DNA of 64,000 nt from Obrimoposthia wandeli (GCA_977020255.1 CDROCS010000582.1:62001-126000); one strand, 5' to 3'; shown: positions 47,101-62,228, counted from the first letter of the stretch. Notes: generated from the letters alone by a model not told the origin. Program-made: numbers and translations.

Positions 47101-50100
47101 GAGGTATATGGCGTGGCAATGAATATACTGGAAAGGGAGACATAATAGAGGAAATACACAATGAAAATGTGTTGGATAATGTTCAAAGGTGTAAAATAAT
47201 ACGTTGTGAAAAAAACAAAGATTTAAAGAGGTTTACTCAGTTAGTAGCAATTATCTGAATAAAGTTAACATGACATAGGAAGCTGTTATACCAGACGTTG
47301 CTAAAAATGTTACCCCGAATCTAGAGGTTTGAGATTCAAACCTAATAAAAATACAGGCAGATTCTATTGAAACAATGCTGAAATGAGCCCAATAAAGTAC
47401 AGAGTAAGAAGATACAAATGAAATAGTCCGAATGACAGATATGAGGATGAATAAACCAATTAGGTTTATACTAACATAAGCCAAGCCAAATAAATGGCCA
47501 AAAAGAAGTTGATATAAGTGAAAGTAAACATTAAATAATATGAAAGTATTTTCAAAACTGTACCATTCAGTGCAGTGCGCTTAGGAAACTGTCTGTAGAA
47601 AACCGATAGAAACTGGTAAAAGACAAAAAGTTATGTAATAAATGCTTAAAGAAAGGCCATTTGGGGAAAATATTGTAAGTGTCATGAATATGGATGTAGT
47701 CAAAAGCATCATTGGCCTGTAAAAATACGAACGAAATATCAAGACATTTTAGAAAAACAGAGTAATCTGATGGACCAGGCGCATTTGAAAGTTCAACAAA
47801 AAATGATGGTGAATATGAGAACCATTCTGATGATTACAAATGGAGAAAAGGATATGTAAATTAATGCTTAATTGATTGATGCCAGCACTACTAGTCTCTG
47901 TGTCAGATTGTTTGAGATTCTACAAAATTAAAAGTAACATCCCAGCGAGTAATTATGAGAATATTGAAAGAAATGGAATGTAAAAAGATATATAATACAT
48001 CACAGTTTAAAATCAATAAAACTCAGGATAAACGATTTATCGTTAAAATTTCGTGGAAAAAATGATCAGAGGAAATTAAAAGTAAATGAGGAAATGGCCA
48101 TGAAAAGATTACAAAGTTTACAAAAAAGGTTGACTAAAAATAAACAAATAAAAGAGGAACATGAAAAGAGACATCGGGAAAAGTTAAAAAAAACAAGTAT
48201 ATTCGATTATTGAGCAAGGGGAACCGACAAATTACTCATTCGTATCTACTACATTTTCCTATAATACTATAATACAAGATTCAATTGCTTTTGACGCAGC
48301 AGGAAAATGATTGACTGACATAATTCATTGCATTGTTGGTCAAAGTTACAAAGTGACATGACTAAGATACTTATAAGATTCAGAGAAAAGAGGATTACGG
48401 TGGTATGTGATATATCAGATATGTATCATCTGGTAAAAGTTTTAAAAAAAATCAACCGTGGTTGAGATTAATGCGAGTCAGAAAAATAACAGTGTCATGG
48501 CTTATGAGTATGAAAGATTGGTATTTGCCATAAATGCTTCTCCATTTTGGCACAGTTAGTGATGCATGAACAGGAATATCCAGCAAGCGCAAAACCCATA
48601 TTGGACTCTACGAATATGGACGATACATTGTTTTCAGTAAATACAGAAGTAAAATAGCTGTAATAAAAATTCAGAATCGAAGAAGATCTGGATAGAAACA
48701 GAAATGCAAGCTAAAAAGTGGATACCGAACAGTAAATGATACGATTCCATTGTGCGAGGATATTGCAAATTAAAGATGAGATTAAAAAGATAAGAACGTC
48801 GGGAATAATATGGAATGTCGAAGATGACTATTTCATATTCAAGTCATATAATAAATTGTCAGAATATGATAAAATAAATTTTCTAAGAATCTATCCAACT
48901 ATTTTTGGTCACTTGAGATTTAGGAGTCCATTTATAATACGCTCCAAAGTTCTGATACAAAATATTTGGTTAGATGGAATGGATTGGGATGTTAGTTATT
49001 AAAGATGTAATGGAGAGAAATGTATTGTGGAAACAAAATATGATAATCGAGTAGTACCTGTGTTCTTATATAAATCATGTGACGCATTTGAGACTCTAGT
49101 CTATGTCAGAAGTGTCCTCCAAGATGGAATTGATGTATTATCAATAATGGCAAAAGGTAGAGTAGCCTCATTGAAACCTCGGTATTGTAAGGCTAGTGTT
49201 GGTGGCATATTGTGATGATTTAAAGTTGGCCCAGATGCTCATAGACACGACGTTTTGGTCAGACTGTGAAAATGTTCTATGATGGGTCAATAAAAAACAG
49301 GGAGATTTTATAAACACTTTGTAGTAAATCTAATGGGGATCATTCAGAAACAAATCAATGGGGTATGGTATGTTCCAATAAAATAAAATCCTGTGTCGAG
49401 GATTGGAAACAGTCGAGCTCTTTGAGAGTAAATGTTTATGGATTGATGGTCTGAATTCTTAGTTAAAACACCAAAAATGGGTCAAAAAGTCCACAATTTA
49501 ATGAACGAGATAGCAACACGACTAAATGATATGGTAAGACCAATTTGTCATTTCTGTCGGTTGACTTAATATATGAACTGTTTTCTTGTAGTTTGGATTG
49601 GTACAACAGGACCCCGGGTGGTGGTTGCTTAGTTGTTGGCTTGGGTGAATTTGTGTTGTTTTGGTTGATGATTAGGTTTGATCATAGTAGATAATTATGT
49701 TAAATTATGAGTTGTTGCCAGTCAATGAATTTGAATATAATGATGATTTGTAGATTATTTGAGTTTGAAAGAAAGAAATGAGTTTCTGTCAATATAGTGT
49801 TATTATTTAAGGTCTATCAAATATTTCAGACAATATTTTTCCTATTAACCAAAGGATAATTAATGATGTTCTTGTCACCAGGCATCAAACTCTTTGTCAC
49901 CCCGTGGTCTACTGTGGTTCTACTGTCCTAAAACAACAGAAAACAGAGGTATTTTGTGTTACGTCCTTGTTGGCTTAACATAAAGTTACCCATTTTCAAA
50001 TCTACACAAATTATGAACATGGTATTACAAGCTCTTCAGAACAAAATTGATGTTAGTATACTCTTCTTTCATTTTACAGAATGTTCTTTGGGATTGAACC

Positions 50101-52347
50101 ATATATTTTACTGTTGTGAAGTAAAACACGGTTCAAGCTCATTTTAGAAATGTCAATAAAGTCTCCAATCACTTGAATCATATGCCAACCGTTCAATAGT
50201 GAGATGAAGCCCTTCAACATTATTAGAATAAAGAAGCTGACAATCTGAAAAAAAGTACTTTCGTATATTAAACAGGTAAAAATACAACAAAAACAGTAAG
50301 AGGTTGTAAAAAAAGATTTAGCAAGATATTATTTAAGATCAGCTTGACTATTACAATCAACAGCCAAAATGCCGCTAGCACACAAATGTGATGAGATAGA
50401 GCAAATATGCTTTCAGATTTGAATTCAGCACCACAAAATAAGTACCCATGCTAGATATTTTTACCAGTGTAATATTTATGAAAATTTTATTTAAAAAATC
50501 ATATAAATTGAAAAATCAATTTGCTTCTTTTGTCACCTATACAATTATACAGTTTCAAATGTATCTTTACCTGAGCTTCGACTGCTATATTGAAGGCCCC
50601 CAACTTGAAGGGTAGTAGCTCCGATCCCATACTGCGAGTGCCCTCCGGGAATATGATGATCTTGTACTGCACCGTAAGTTACTAGACTAAAGCATAAATG
50701 CGTATTCAAACATTAATTCCCTCGAAATCATTAATTTATTTTTTGGCTCTTTCGGTTATAGTTCCACCACTAAAAAATTATACTAAACTTAAATAATATG
50801 ATAAAACTTTAATCAGTTGACCAATATCATTTTCAACGGTTAAATTGGGCCTCTCAACAATGGTAAAATGATTCATTCGATGTTTCTGTTCAAATATTCT
50901 ATGGACGTTATTTTATAACTCTATGAATAGATAAATATAACTACTGTAATGATCATAATCGAGATCCAGCCAACCAGGTCTCTTTGCGTATTCCAACATC
51001 TTTCCTGTACTCGCTTTGAACATTACTCTTTGAAAGAACTCTTTTATTAATTGTCTAACGCAGTTTATTTATGGAACTTTTTCAGAATTCAGATGGATCA
51101 TGTTATATAAACCGCCACAGGAACAATAAACTTTATCCGTGGATGAACGCGAAATCATCGTGCACGAACTTCTAGCTCTTCTTGAAGTTGAAAGTACGGA
51201 GAGATATTGTATTTATATAATAATGTTAGATGGTTAAATCAAGAAGCTGATTTATAACGTTTATTAATGAAATCAAAGTTTTCATCCATTAAAAATCCGG
51301 TCCAATAGCCTTATAATATATATATAATGACATATCAATCTAATATAAAATAAAGAATCTAAATGACAGTGATTGATAATGACTTATTTATCTGACAGCA
51401 ACAGAAAATAGTGTCAAAAAGTACAATGATACTCCATGAATAATATCTCAATCAAAATGAAACATAACATATTCAGCGTGGGGCCAAAAGATCCCTCACC
51501 CTCTCGCGCCTGATTGAATAAGCTATCTGACGCATTTTGTCAAGGGCATTTGCGTGATTCTGTCGGTCAATGAATATGGCTCCACACAGCCATAGCGCCA
51601 CACCAAATGGACCAGTGCTATAACATATCTCTTTTTTAGACAAGATCGTTGTGTTGTCTGGCCACAAATGCGAGGCACCTGTATAACAAAAGAAATAAAG
51701 TTTTGAAAAAAAAAAATTTGTTACCAATCAAGCAGATGAAAACTAAAAAAAGTTTCCATTACATCTTTCAAATTTGAGTTCAATAAATTAAAATATCTGA
51801 TAACGTTACTATTTTAATATAACTACTAAGTTGTCACTCAAACGTTGAAAATATAAAACCAAATATGTCCTTGTGTCAGGTTGACAAAATTAATATAGAA
51901 TATTTCTCATCCGTATCTTATTTTCAGAACCTAAATCAATTTTAATAATCTACCAACAAATTTAAAAAAAATAACTATACTATTTTACACAATGTCTTAA
52001 CTTACTTAATACATCGAGTGCACTCTGATGATTAACAATCATAATTGCTCCCTGATTATTATGTAAATATTCATGATTGATGATTGTATAATCTATTCCG
52101 ATTAAATTTCCATAGAATTTTGCACATTTGAGAGGTAACCTACATGTATAAAACATAAAATCTAATAATATTACCGAAAATTCTTATTATTTCTGGGTCT
52201 AAAGAGAAATAAAAACATACAGAACGTTCCACTGCATATACAACAAAATGCATAAAAGAAAAATTTTCCATAATAACTAAAACTAGGTGTAGTATATATG
52301 ATAAAAGCTACAATCACTATTAAAAAAAATAAAACGATTAAAAACAT
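41161..52347 (-). CDS. AGPAT: Intact host 1-acyl-sn-glycerol-3-phosphate acyltransferase (AGPAT1/2, PlsC family), 6 exons, 262 aa
   Basis: Exons 52347-52175, 52139-52006, 51678-51500, 50666-50571, 44868-44796 and 41294-41161 total 789 nt. All introns are GT-AG with consistent phases and there is no internal stop. Motifs NHQSALD, IFIDR, FPEGTR, LLPFKLGAF and LPIIPIVISSY; hydrophobic N-terminus. Confidence 0.95.
47150..49560 (+). mobile_element. Decayed BEL/Pao LTR retrotransposon in AGPAT intron 4 (antisense to the gene)
   Basis: Gag zinc knuckles LCNKCLKKGH..C..GCSQKHH; RT SKLQSDMTKILIRFREKRITVVCDISDMY, YERLVFAINASP, NMDD; RNase H WLDGMDWD and IMAKGRVASLK. LTRs not resolved. Confidence 0.88.
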
Positions 52348-53918
52348 TATTAAAAATATTAAACATTTAAATTAAAAAGTATGAGTTTCATTCACTATTA
52401 CAAAAACAAAAATATATTTACAGCTTTACTATTTTAATGATTAAAATAAATTACATAATTTGAAAGATGTGTAAAGTCTATTTTAAAATTAATAAAATCA
52501 CAATGAATCTTTCTGGAGAATTATAAATGAAATTAATTTATTTATATTTTTAAACATTCTTATTATTATGTAAATAAATAATTAAAAATTTCAAAGTTCC
52601 TTTCACAATAATGAATAATTATGAAATAAAAAGTGTTTCAAATGTTTTTTTTTCATAAAAGTACGTTTAATTTCATATTGTAAAATTGTTTGTTTATTAT
52701 TCACAATATTCAGATTTGTGACATATAAGTATGTCTAAACATAAACATTATTATTTATTATAAATAGTTTTATATTTGTTTAAGAGCTGTTAATTGTTTG
52801 TTACAATGTAAGTTTGATATCAAAATAACATATAATATGTAAATGTCGTGATCATCTGAGAAGTAATTGACCGGCTTCAGTGGCGATTCATAGTGACGTT
52901 CCTGGATAATCATACATATTACCTTTTAATCTCATACGTTCCGGTTAATCTCAGCCTGGTGCCAGCTAAGGGTAAAAAACTGATTGTAAAATATTAATTC
53001 AGAAAAACCCGTAAAATTAACAAATAATATTTCCTGTATATGTTTATTATATTATTAAAATACAAATTCAATTCCAAGAAAAATCAAAATATCCGTGATT
53101 CCAAAGTTTTTTAAGTAATAACAAATAGTTTCGTTTTTGTGATTAACAATATAATTTAACAATTTTCGTACAAACATTTGTATATGTACGTGATTTTAAA
53201 CTTTTAAATAAATAATTATTAATTTATGTGTAACATTCATTACCAAATATTGTGAAATTAGATCTATAAATTTAATTCAAGTCATTATCAAAAGTCGTAA
53301 ATTAAATAAAAATACCATCGAAAAAAAAGAAAAATTTTATTTGAAATAAAATTTATTCTCATTATTGCTTTAATCCGTTTTGATTTTATTCATAAATGTT
53401 GCAAAATTGTACAAAACTTATATTTAGAACTTGTTATTATAATTTCCTTTAGAATAATGATTATTTATTTTGTTATTCTTTATCTCCCCTTTAATTATAG
53501 TAATATATATGTACTATAATTACATTTTCTATTTAAAAAACTCTTACGCTTTTAGCAAGTCTTAGAAACAAAATTTGTTACATTTAAATAAATTTTAAAT
53601 CAATAATCTTTCTCTAATTATTATTTAAACAAAGATTTAAATATATATTTTTGTAACATTATATGACTACAAAGCTTTTAACTATATTTTCTTAGTACTG
53701 CATATATATTTTCTGTGTATATGCCCTGTGTTAAAAACATTTATGGAATAGTTTAGCAATCATCAGATGAGGAAGTACTAGTAAATTTTTATGTTTGCCC
53801 ATTTTTATATGTTATGTGTCTAACAGTCCCAAGAAATCATTCCAAATATTTATATAAATAAAATAATTTAGATGAATTACAGAAATTTCGTTACTGTGTT
53901 TATCGTAATATATATAGT

Positions 53919-56900
53919 TGTTGTATAGTGATAATAATAATAATAATAGTAATAATAGTTATAGTAGTAATAATATAACAATAACAAAAATAATAATAAT
54001 AATAATAGTAATAATAGTTATAGTAGTAATAATATAACAATAACAAAAATAGTAGTAATCATAATAATAATATATTAATTAGATAATTAGTCTAATTAAC
54101 ATAATTGATATTGATCGAATCGGAAAGCTACTTTGTCGCAACAATTGATATTATGTTACTGTTTGAATTTAAATGGATTGCCAAGTGGACCTTACTTAGT
54201 GATAGTGGATGATTTGGGGCTGTACAATTTTATTGGAATAAAGTCCCATATTTACTATTTGATATTGCGCCGAGCAGTAATAACTGACTAATTACCCTCA
54301 TTGAGTTACAATAACTGGGACGAGTTACCGAGGATATCAGAAGCGAGGACCCAATTGTATTATTATTATTATTATTATCGCTGTTATTATAATATTGTTA
54401 TCATAAAATTGTTACATTATTATTACTAGTGCCATGAGTTTAAGTGCCATAAATATCTATTAGTTTCAGCGCTTTTAAGGCTGCGCCTAAGGTTAAAATT
54501 TTATTTAAATTAGACAAAGTACCTTTAATTTCTCTATTACTGTTAGATTAATATTTATTATTTTCAGCACTTCAAAGGCTGCGACTAAGGTTTTAAACGT
54601 ATAATTATACGTAGTACCTTGCGTTCATAAAGGTTAATATTCATAAACCTCGCAAGAATTGCTTCCATTCCTCTAGAGGAGATCGCTAGATATCAAACTC
54701 GAAAATCAATAGAAGGATAATTCCAGTCAACAACAGCCGACACGCTGCCGCAAGCCGGTAACAATAACATCCTTGCCATAACAGAAACTGCACAACAGCC
54801 CACTGAAGAAGATAATGCAGCCATTTTTTACAATGACTCCGGTGGCTGGCAAGAACTCAGAAGACAGAAGGAAAGGTACAAGCAGCCAAATCAACCAAGC
54901 AATTTTTTTTTTCAAATTTTCAGATGCTAACAGATTATGAAGATGTCGATTTTGATGGCCGAATGCACACTATGGCAAGGGTTCGGTACAGATCAGTCAC
55001 ATCACCCTCTACCTACCATCTACAGATTCCTTATGAAATGTCTGAAATAATAATCCAGTAGTATATGTATCAAGAAATTTACTTGATGTGGAAATCCGAT
55101 ATTCTCAGATTGAGAAGGAATGCCTAGCTGCGTTATTCGGAGTGGAACAATTAAAGATGTATCTAATAGTGAGGAAATTTACTTTATCGACTGATAATAT
55201 GCCACTCATATCTTGATTTACGAAGCCAATCGACAAGTCGAATACTAGAATACAAAGATGGCTTTTACGTGTGCAAGAGTATACATGCGATATGCGACAC
55301 ATACCAGGTAGATTAAATGACATTGCAGATAATTTATCACGACTTCCAGTATCATTAAATGAAAGATCGTTGAAAGAAGATGATGCAAGTATGATATTTT
55401 TAGTTATGAACCATAGTTTAGTAGCTATTGATGATATTAAAATAGCAAATACAGAATATGACTTGTTTAAAGAACTAAAAGTAACATGTACTACACTAGA
55501 TAAGAGTAAATATAAAGCTATAAGGAGTAATTTAACATTCGAAAACAATTTAATTGAATTTGATGATCGACTTTGCATACCAGTGTCACTAAGAAAACGA
55601 GTATTGGAGACAGGACATAGTGGTCATCTGGGAATTATAAAGACGACTGAAGTGATTAAGAGTGTTATTGTTGGTAGCCCATGATGGGTGAAGAGATTAA
55701 AGATTGGGTAAATCGTTGCAATGTATGTCAGCATTTTGCTATGGACCAGCCAGCACCACTTAAAGTAAATGAACCAATGTTACATGAAGTGTCGGATACA
55801 ATATTCTTAGATTTTCTCGGTCCTTCAGAGCGTTTAAAATTAGTATAATTTCTAAGTATAATTGATTGGTACTCAAGGTTTCCTTTTCTGTTTAAAGTCA
55901 GGAATTCAAATGCAAAGAGTATTATTCATAGTTTGAATCAGTTATTTGCATTATGTGGTATGCCAAAACGAATAGTAACAGACAATGGCTCATCATTTAG
56001 AAGTGAAGAATTAGCAGAGTACCTGAAAAAGTTAGGCATTAAACATACATTCTCTAGTGTGTACTCTCCACAATCAAATGGAATAATTGAGAGATTTCAT
56101 GGTACTATCAAATCAAGAATGGATAAACTATTGTTTGACGGATATGTGTAGATGATGTTGTCCAACAAGCTCTTTTTGATATCAGATCGACCACTGCGGC
56201 TAAGACAGGCAAAACGGAGTTTTGTTTATTTTATGGGTGAGAGATGAGCAACAATTTTCATAAATTTAATGAACACAACCATATTAATGCTAAAGTCAGA
56301 AATTACGAGACGGAATATATGAAAAAGAGAAGCACATGTAAAGATTATATATCAGGTGAAAAAGTAGTGGTGACATTCAAGAAGCAACATAAATCATTAC
56401 ATGGTGTAAGTATGAAGATAATTAGAAATTACTCTTGGTTGATATTATTATATGATAGTAATAGAGAGATTGTGGTTAATCAGCATTTAATTCATAAATT
56501 AAATAGTTAAACTTAATTTACTGTTCTTGTTTATCAGCTGAATAATAAAAGTAAGCATTATAATTGGTATATATTGATGATACGTGGAATAATGAAAGTA
56601 CACATATTAACACTTAATAATCAATAGTAATGTGATTTAAATTCAATAAACTACACAATTAAAATAAAGTTGTCGGGAGATGTTGTATGGTGATAATAAT
56701 AATAATAGTAATAATAGTGATAGTAGTAATAATAGTAATAATAGTGATAGTAGTAATAATAGTAACAATAATAGTAGTAATCATAATAATAATATGTTAA
56801 TTAGATAATTAGTCTGTTTAACATAATTGATATTGATCGAATCTGAAAGCTACTTAGTAGCAACAATTGATATTATGTTACTGTTTGAATTTAAATGGAT

Positions 56901-57041
56901 TGCCAAGTGGACCTTACTTAGTGATAGTGGATGATATGCGGCTGTACAATTTTTGGGAATAAAGTCACATATTTGCTATTTGCTACTTGCTATTACGACG
57001 AGCAGTAATAACTGACTAATTACCCTCACTGAGTTACAATA
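53919..57041 (+). mobile_element. Internally deleted Ty3/Gypsy LTR retrotransposon (3123 bp), 5-bp TSD ATAGT
   Basis: LTRs 53919-54313 and 56681-57041 (TGTTGTA...TACAATA) with (TAA/TAG)n microsatellite; PBS-like TGGGACGAG at 54316; PPT GGGAGA at 56675-80; TSD at 53914-18 and 57042-46. Confidence 0.92.
55105..56300 (+). pseudogene. pol: Gypsy pol remnant: RNase H, integrase zinc finger and core; most of RT deleted
   Basis: SQIEKECLA, FTLSTDN, RIQRWLLRVQEY, NDIADNLSRLP, HSGHLGIIKT..CNVCQ, IVTDNGSSF, PQSNGIIERFHGTIK. Confidence 0.92.
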
Positions 57042-58854
57042 ATAGTATATGAAATATGAAAAGTAATTTAAAAATGACTATCAATGTAGCGAATGATTTT
57101 AAATTAATTTTAACATGGATATTTTAAGACCCATTTACTTGGTACAGTTTTAATTGAATATTTTCAAAGTGTATTTATGCTTCTAAGATATAATATTCAG
57201 TGTATATCTTTCAAAGTTCAAATCTTTCATTATTATTATAGTCATTTCATTTTTTACCGAAAAATAATACTTTTTTGTTAGATAAACTAACATATAAACA
57301 GCTTTATTCATTGTGACAGTCTTTTATGGATGCCAATCTAATCTTATTTGAGGAAGTGCCACCATTTGAACAAATATTTTAAAATCATTATGATAAAGAT
57401 ATTGAAGGCAAAGTTGAAGTGCAAGATATTCCAAACGACCAGTGATGGTGACGAAGGACATATATCAATTGATGAAGAATTAGAAGATGATCAGTTAATA
57501 TTTATGCATGTTATCAATGAAGAAATTAGCAACGAGGATGAAAACATCAAAAGTCGTATTTCTTCAGACCTGAGCGGCCTATAATTAATATAATGGAATA
57601 CAAGTAAACATGAATATTGTGTATGTAATTATGTAAATCAATAATAGAGTAAACACAAAAATGTCGTTTGGCTGCTTCTTGATGTTTATTGGAGAAGCAA
57701 CCAATGGAATACATTTATATAAAAATCTGCAAGGTTACTGCCTAATATCTGAATTCAAACGTAATGTATACAAACTACCATAGAAAATAGAAAGAAGTGA
57801 CTCAAGTGTAATAAATCTGAATTCAGTTCATTTGAAAAAGTTAGGTTGATTAGATACGGCCATCCCGTTTTCAGAGCACGATGAGTATTCATAGATTTTA
57901 TCATTTGCGTACAGCCCTGCATTTTAATGATCCTCGAAGAAGGAATATAAATAATTCATTGTCTCCAATTCATAATGTGTATAAATGGATTCGATTAAAG
58001 CTCAGTTAATTCAAGACTATAAAAGAAAATCTGTGGATGTAACGTTGATAAAAAATTGTAATATTTTAAGGACCCATACAGCGTTGTCAATAAATTTTAA
58101 GTAAGCCAGGAATGTTTGGTAGTAAATATTTATGATTGTGCAAAATATCTACTGATTTCTATCTCGATGGCCTGGTTTATATCAGTCAAAGTCGGTAAGT
58201 TAAGATATTTTTGACCAATATTATGATGAAATTACTTACTTATTATCTGGACAAAGCTATAATGTTGTTGGTGACTATTGACTTTTCAAATTCAAGTTTT
58301 ACACTTAATTAATTTGCCAGGTGATTAAATCTAATATTAAAAGTAAATAATGATTAAATTACTTTAAACAAAACTTATTGTAGCAGCTGGCAACTATGAA
58401 CTTTCAAGAACGCATGAAAACTTTCTTTGTTAAAATTAAAAAAAAAAAAATCTTTACGAAATTGAGAGAAAATATAAGTAGGTAGATGTGTCCGGTCTAA
58501 TCCACACTCCCCCTCCCCCCTACTGTCCTTTAAAACCGTGCATGTGTGTGGAGTGAAATTTCGTGCAGGTGTGTAGAAAAAATTTCTACTCCCCCTCCCA
58601 AAAAATCAAAAAAATAATTAACTCCATATAACACCCTTTAAATTTAAAAATCTCATAATGCTCCCAAAAATTTGATTAAGGTCCTGAGAGGCCGTAAAAT
58701 TGGCCAAAGCGTGCCCTCCGGGCCCGTGGTGGATCAACGAGTAATACATACAGCAACATCGGCAGCATCACCAATATCAGCAACTTCAACCTCAGCTGCG
58801 ATTGTCTCAACTATTAATATAAATAGTTGTCTTCCCGTTTAATTAGGGGGAGGT

Positions 58855-61800
58855 TTGTCACCGACAAACGGAAGAAAGAGGCGAGGCCAATTTCTTAATA
58901 AGGTCCCACCCAAAAAACGTAGAGAAAACGGTGCTACTATAGAGTATCACCTAAATAATAAATATGTTATAGTTAAGGTGTCATTAGGAAATGAAATTTT
59001 ATTAAACGTAGGTGTAGATTCAAATATTGAAAATCTTTTAAAATCAGAAGTGACTAAATTAGGACAGGCTAAGGTTCAATTTTGCGCAACAGTGCAGTTT
59101 AAAAATGTCAATGAGGAAACTAAAACTTGGGTAATTTCCCATAAAGCAACTGTTTTTTTATGATAATTTTGTAACTGAAATTGGAAGAAACCTGGATGAA
59201 AAAATTGCTAATTATAGCGAGTTAAGTAGTGGATGGACTCTAGTTAGAATTCACGATGTTAGCTTTGTTCTAACAAAGTTCAGACATGATATATCTTTCG
59301 GGGAGTTCATACATTCCTTCACCTAGATCTCTTCAACTTTCACGTTCCATTGTTAACGTACAAAACAGTGATAACCTTTGCTTTCTGTATAGCGTGTTGG
59401 CCATCCTCAAAAGGGATGTAATTACTGAGCATAGAGAGCGTGTCAGTAAATATACCCTTTTTTTAAATGAATTGCAGTATCATGGAATAGATTTTCCTGT
59501 TAAATTAACTACGATATCAAGATTTGAACATCTTAATAACTTGAGTATTAATGTATTCAAATATAATACTGATATCCCAGTTAATGTAACAGATGAAGAA
59601 ATTTTTAAAAATCCTTTTGTAGATGTAATTTATAGGAGCAAAAATGAGGGGACTCAGGTCAACTTAATTTTGCTCGAACATAATAAAAATTCCATTATGC
59701 TGCAATTCCCAATTTAGATCGTCTTATAAATTTAGATAATGGAGCCTTACCGGTTAGGATAAGATGTAAGTGGTGTCATAGATGTTTGCATGGGTTCCGA
59801 TCCGAGCTCTCTTACAGCAAACATCTAACATTATGTTCACTGAATCCTGATGACAATACGTTATACACCATGCCTAAGGATAAGGATTTAAAATTCAGGG
59901 ATTGGGCAAAATGCATACCCGTGGAATTCAGGGTGTATGCAGATTTTGAGTCAATTTTAGCATTGCACAACCAGTATGAGAGTATTCACCTACCGGCTTC
60001 GGCAGGACTACTATTCTTAGGCCCCAATATTACCCAGTATCATAAATTTTCCGGTCCAAATTGTATTTTAAATTTTATGTTTAAATTAGAGGAATTAGGA
60101 ACAACAATCGTCAAACTGTGGTATGATCTCAATGCTCATCAAGCAATGATCATGACAGGCATAGACTGGGTTAATTTTATTTTCTTGTAGATTATGTTAT
60201 TTGTGTGGAACCCAGTCTAAGTTAGTCAGAGATCACGATCATGTTACGGGGCGATACTTGGGAGCGGCGAGCAACCTTTGTAACCTTGGCCGTCGTCTCC
60301 CTAAAAAACCACGCATTCCCATCGTGTTTCATAACCTCAAAGGATATGATTTGCATCATATACTTAAATACGCGTTGGGTACATTAAGCTCTTGGGAAAT
60401 TTCATGTATACCTCAAACTTCAGAGAAATATTTATCTTTAACTGCATATACTGAATTCTGCAGTTTAAGATTCATAGATTCTCTGCAGTTTTTGAGTGGT
60501 TCTTTAAAAAATTTAACGGCATCTTTAAATGCATGGCCAATTACACAGTCAGTGTTCCCAGCTTCGGTTAACGATAAGGGGATTTTTCCGTATAAATTTG
60601 CGAAAACATTTGCAGTTTTAGAAAATACAACTGAAATCCCACCCATAACTGAATTTGAGGGTGTAAGTCTTCAAGACTATAATGAGGCCCGTACATTTTG
60701 GGTGAATAATTGTCGAAATCTTCTCGAATATATGCTTTATTATATGAAGTTAGACATTTATCTTTTAGCTGATGTTTTTGAGTCCTTTCGTGTAAAGTCT
60801 TTAGCAGAAGATGGGCTAGATCCCATGCATTTCTTTAGTTTACCTGGTCTTTCATGGGCAACAGCAATAAAAACTCTTAAAATTAATATCGAGTTACTGC
60901 AAGATCCCGCGATGTATCAAATGTATGATTATGGTATACGCGGTGGAATGACTTTTGTCAACAAACATCATGTTGTAAAAAATCAATCCACGGAGATTCT
61001 GTACATCGATATTAATAATTTGTATGGGTGGGCGCTTACTCAACCTCTACCTCATGCCAACTTTAAGTGGGTTTATGATGTGGATCAATTGAATAAGTTG
61101 ATGACAGATTTGGCTACTGTTGATACAGTTTCATCCGACGTCGGCTATTTGGTTGAGGTGGACATAAAAATCCCTCCAAATGTGCATGATAAATTAGATG
61201 ATCTTCCAGTAGCGCCTGTTCATCAATGCCCACCTAATTCAAAGGTTAAGAAATTATTGTTAACCCATGAAGACAAGTTGAATTATGTTGTGCATTGGCG
61301 GCTTCTTCAATTCTACTTAAAGTTGGGAGCGAAAGTTACTCGAATTCATCGTGATATAAGCTTCAGTCAAAACTTTGTGTTTAAAGACTATATTGAGAAG
61401 AATTCAAGAAAACGTAATTTGGCCACTAGCAAATTCGATCGAGATTTTTACAAGTTAAAAAGTAATAGTCTCTTTGGAAAAACTGTAGAGGACTTGCGGA
61501 AACGTATTTGTCTACGGTTTTGCAATGATGAGCGTAAACTAATAACATATACTAGCAAGTACAACTTCAAGCGTAGTTTTACAATTGCAGATGACTTGGT
61601 AGCAGTGTTATTAGGAAAACAGAGTATTTGTCTCGATCGACCGAGTTATATAGGTCAAACGGTTTTAGACATTTCTAAACTCAGAATGTATGAGCTTCAA
61701 TACATAGAATTGGAGAAATACCGACAAGAATTTAATTGTGAGATCAAAATCGCGGCAGGGGACACTGACTCTTTCTTTTTAGAATGTAGGAATGTTAGTT

Positions 61801-62228
61801 TAAATAATCAATTATTACCAGCAATGTTTAGGGACAACTTACTAGATACCCATAAATATCCCGCTAACCATCCTCTACACTCTATGAGTTTAAGGGACAT
61901 TATCGGGAAATTTAAGGATGAAAGCGAGGGACAGGTTTCGTATGATGATTGTATTTTCCTACGCCCTAAATGCTACAGTTTACATGCATCTAATAATACA
62001 TGTTCAATGAGAGCAAAGGGTGTGGGAAGAAACAATCTTACACATGAGGCCTACCGGAAAGTTTATGATACTGGGTGTATTGAAAGCGTTGAGCAAACTA
62101 GATTTATTTCAAGAGCCCATCAACTGTATTCCCATAAATCAACCAAAATCGCTTTGAGTAGTAATGACGACAAGTGCTTTTGGGTAGAAAAGAACGCTAG
62201 CCTGGCTTATGGACACTTCAGAATTTAA
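58855..62228 (+). CDS. polB: Polinton D pPolB (~1120 aa if four slippage frameshifts are corrected)
   Basis: SSGW, NSDNLCFLYSVL, DHDHVTGRYLG, FHNLKGYD, RFIDS, KGIFPY, DIYLLADVF, IRGG, YIDINNLYG, KLKSNSLFGK, GDTDS, RAKG. Confidence 0.96.

Noticed and set aside
25480-58477. Pairing the A or B right terminus with the D left terminus as one element
   Set aside because: The order is wrong (right ends precede the left end) and the 6-bp flanks do not match.
10720-59860. Other CTGANGA hits as hammerheads (e.g. ~10721, 13526, 23706, 47827, 52025, 59846; minus strand ~29895)
   Set aside because: None has a stem II followed by GAAA with flanking stems; several are inside coding sequence (52025 is the AGPAT NHQS codons on the opposite strand).
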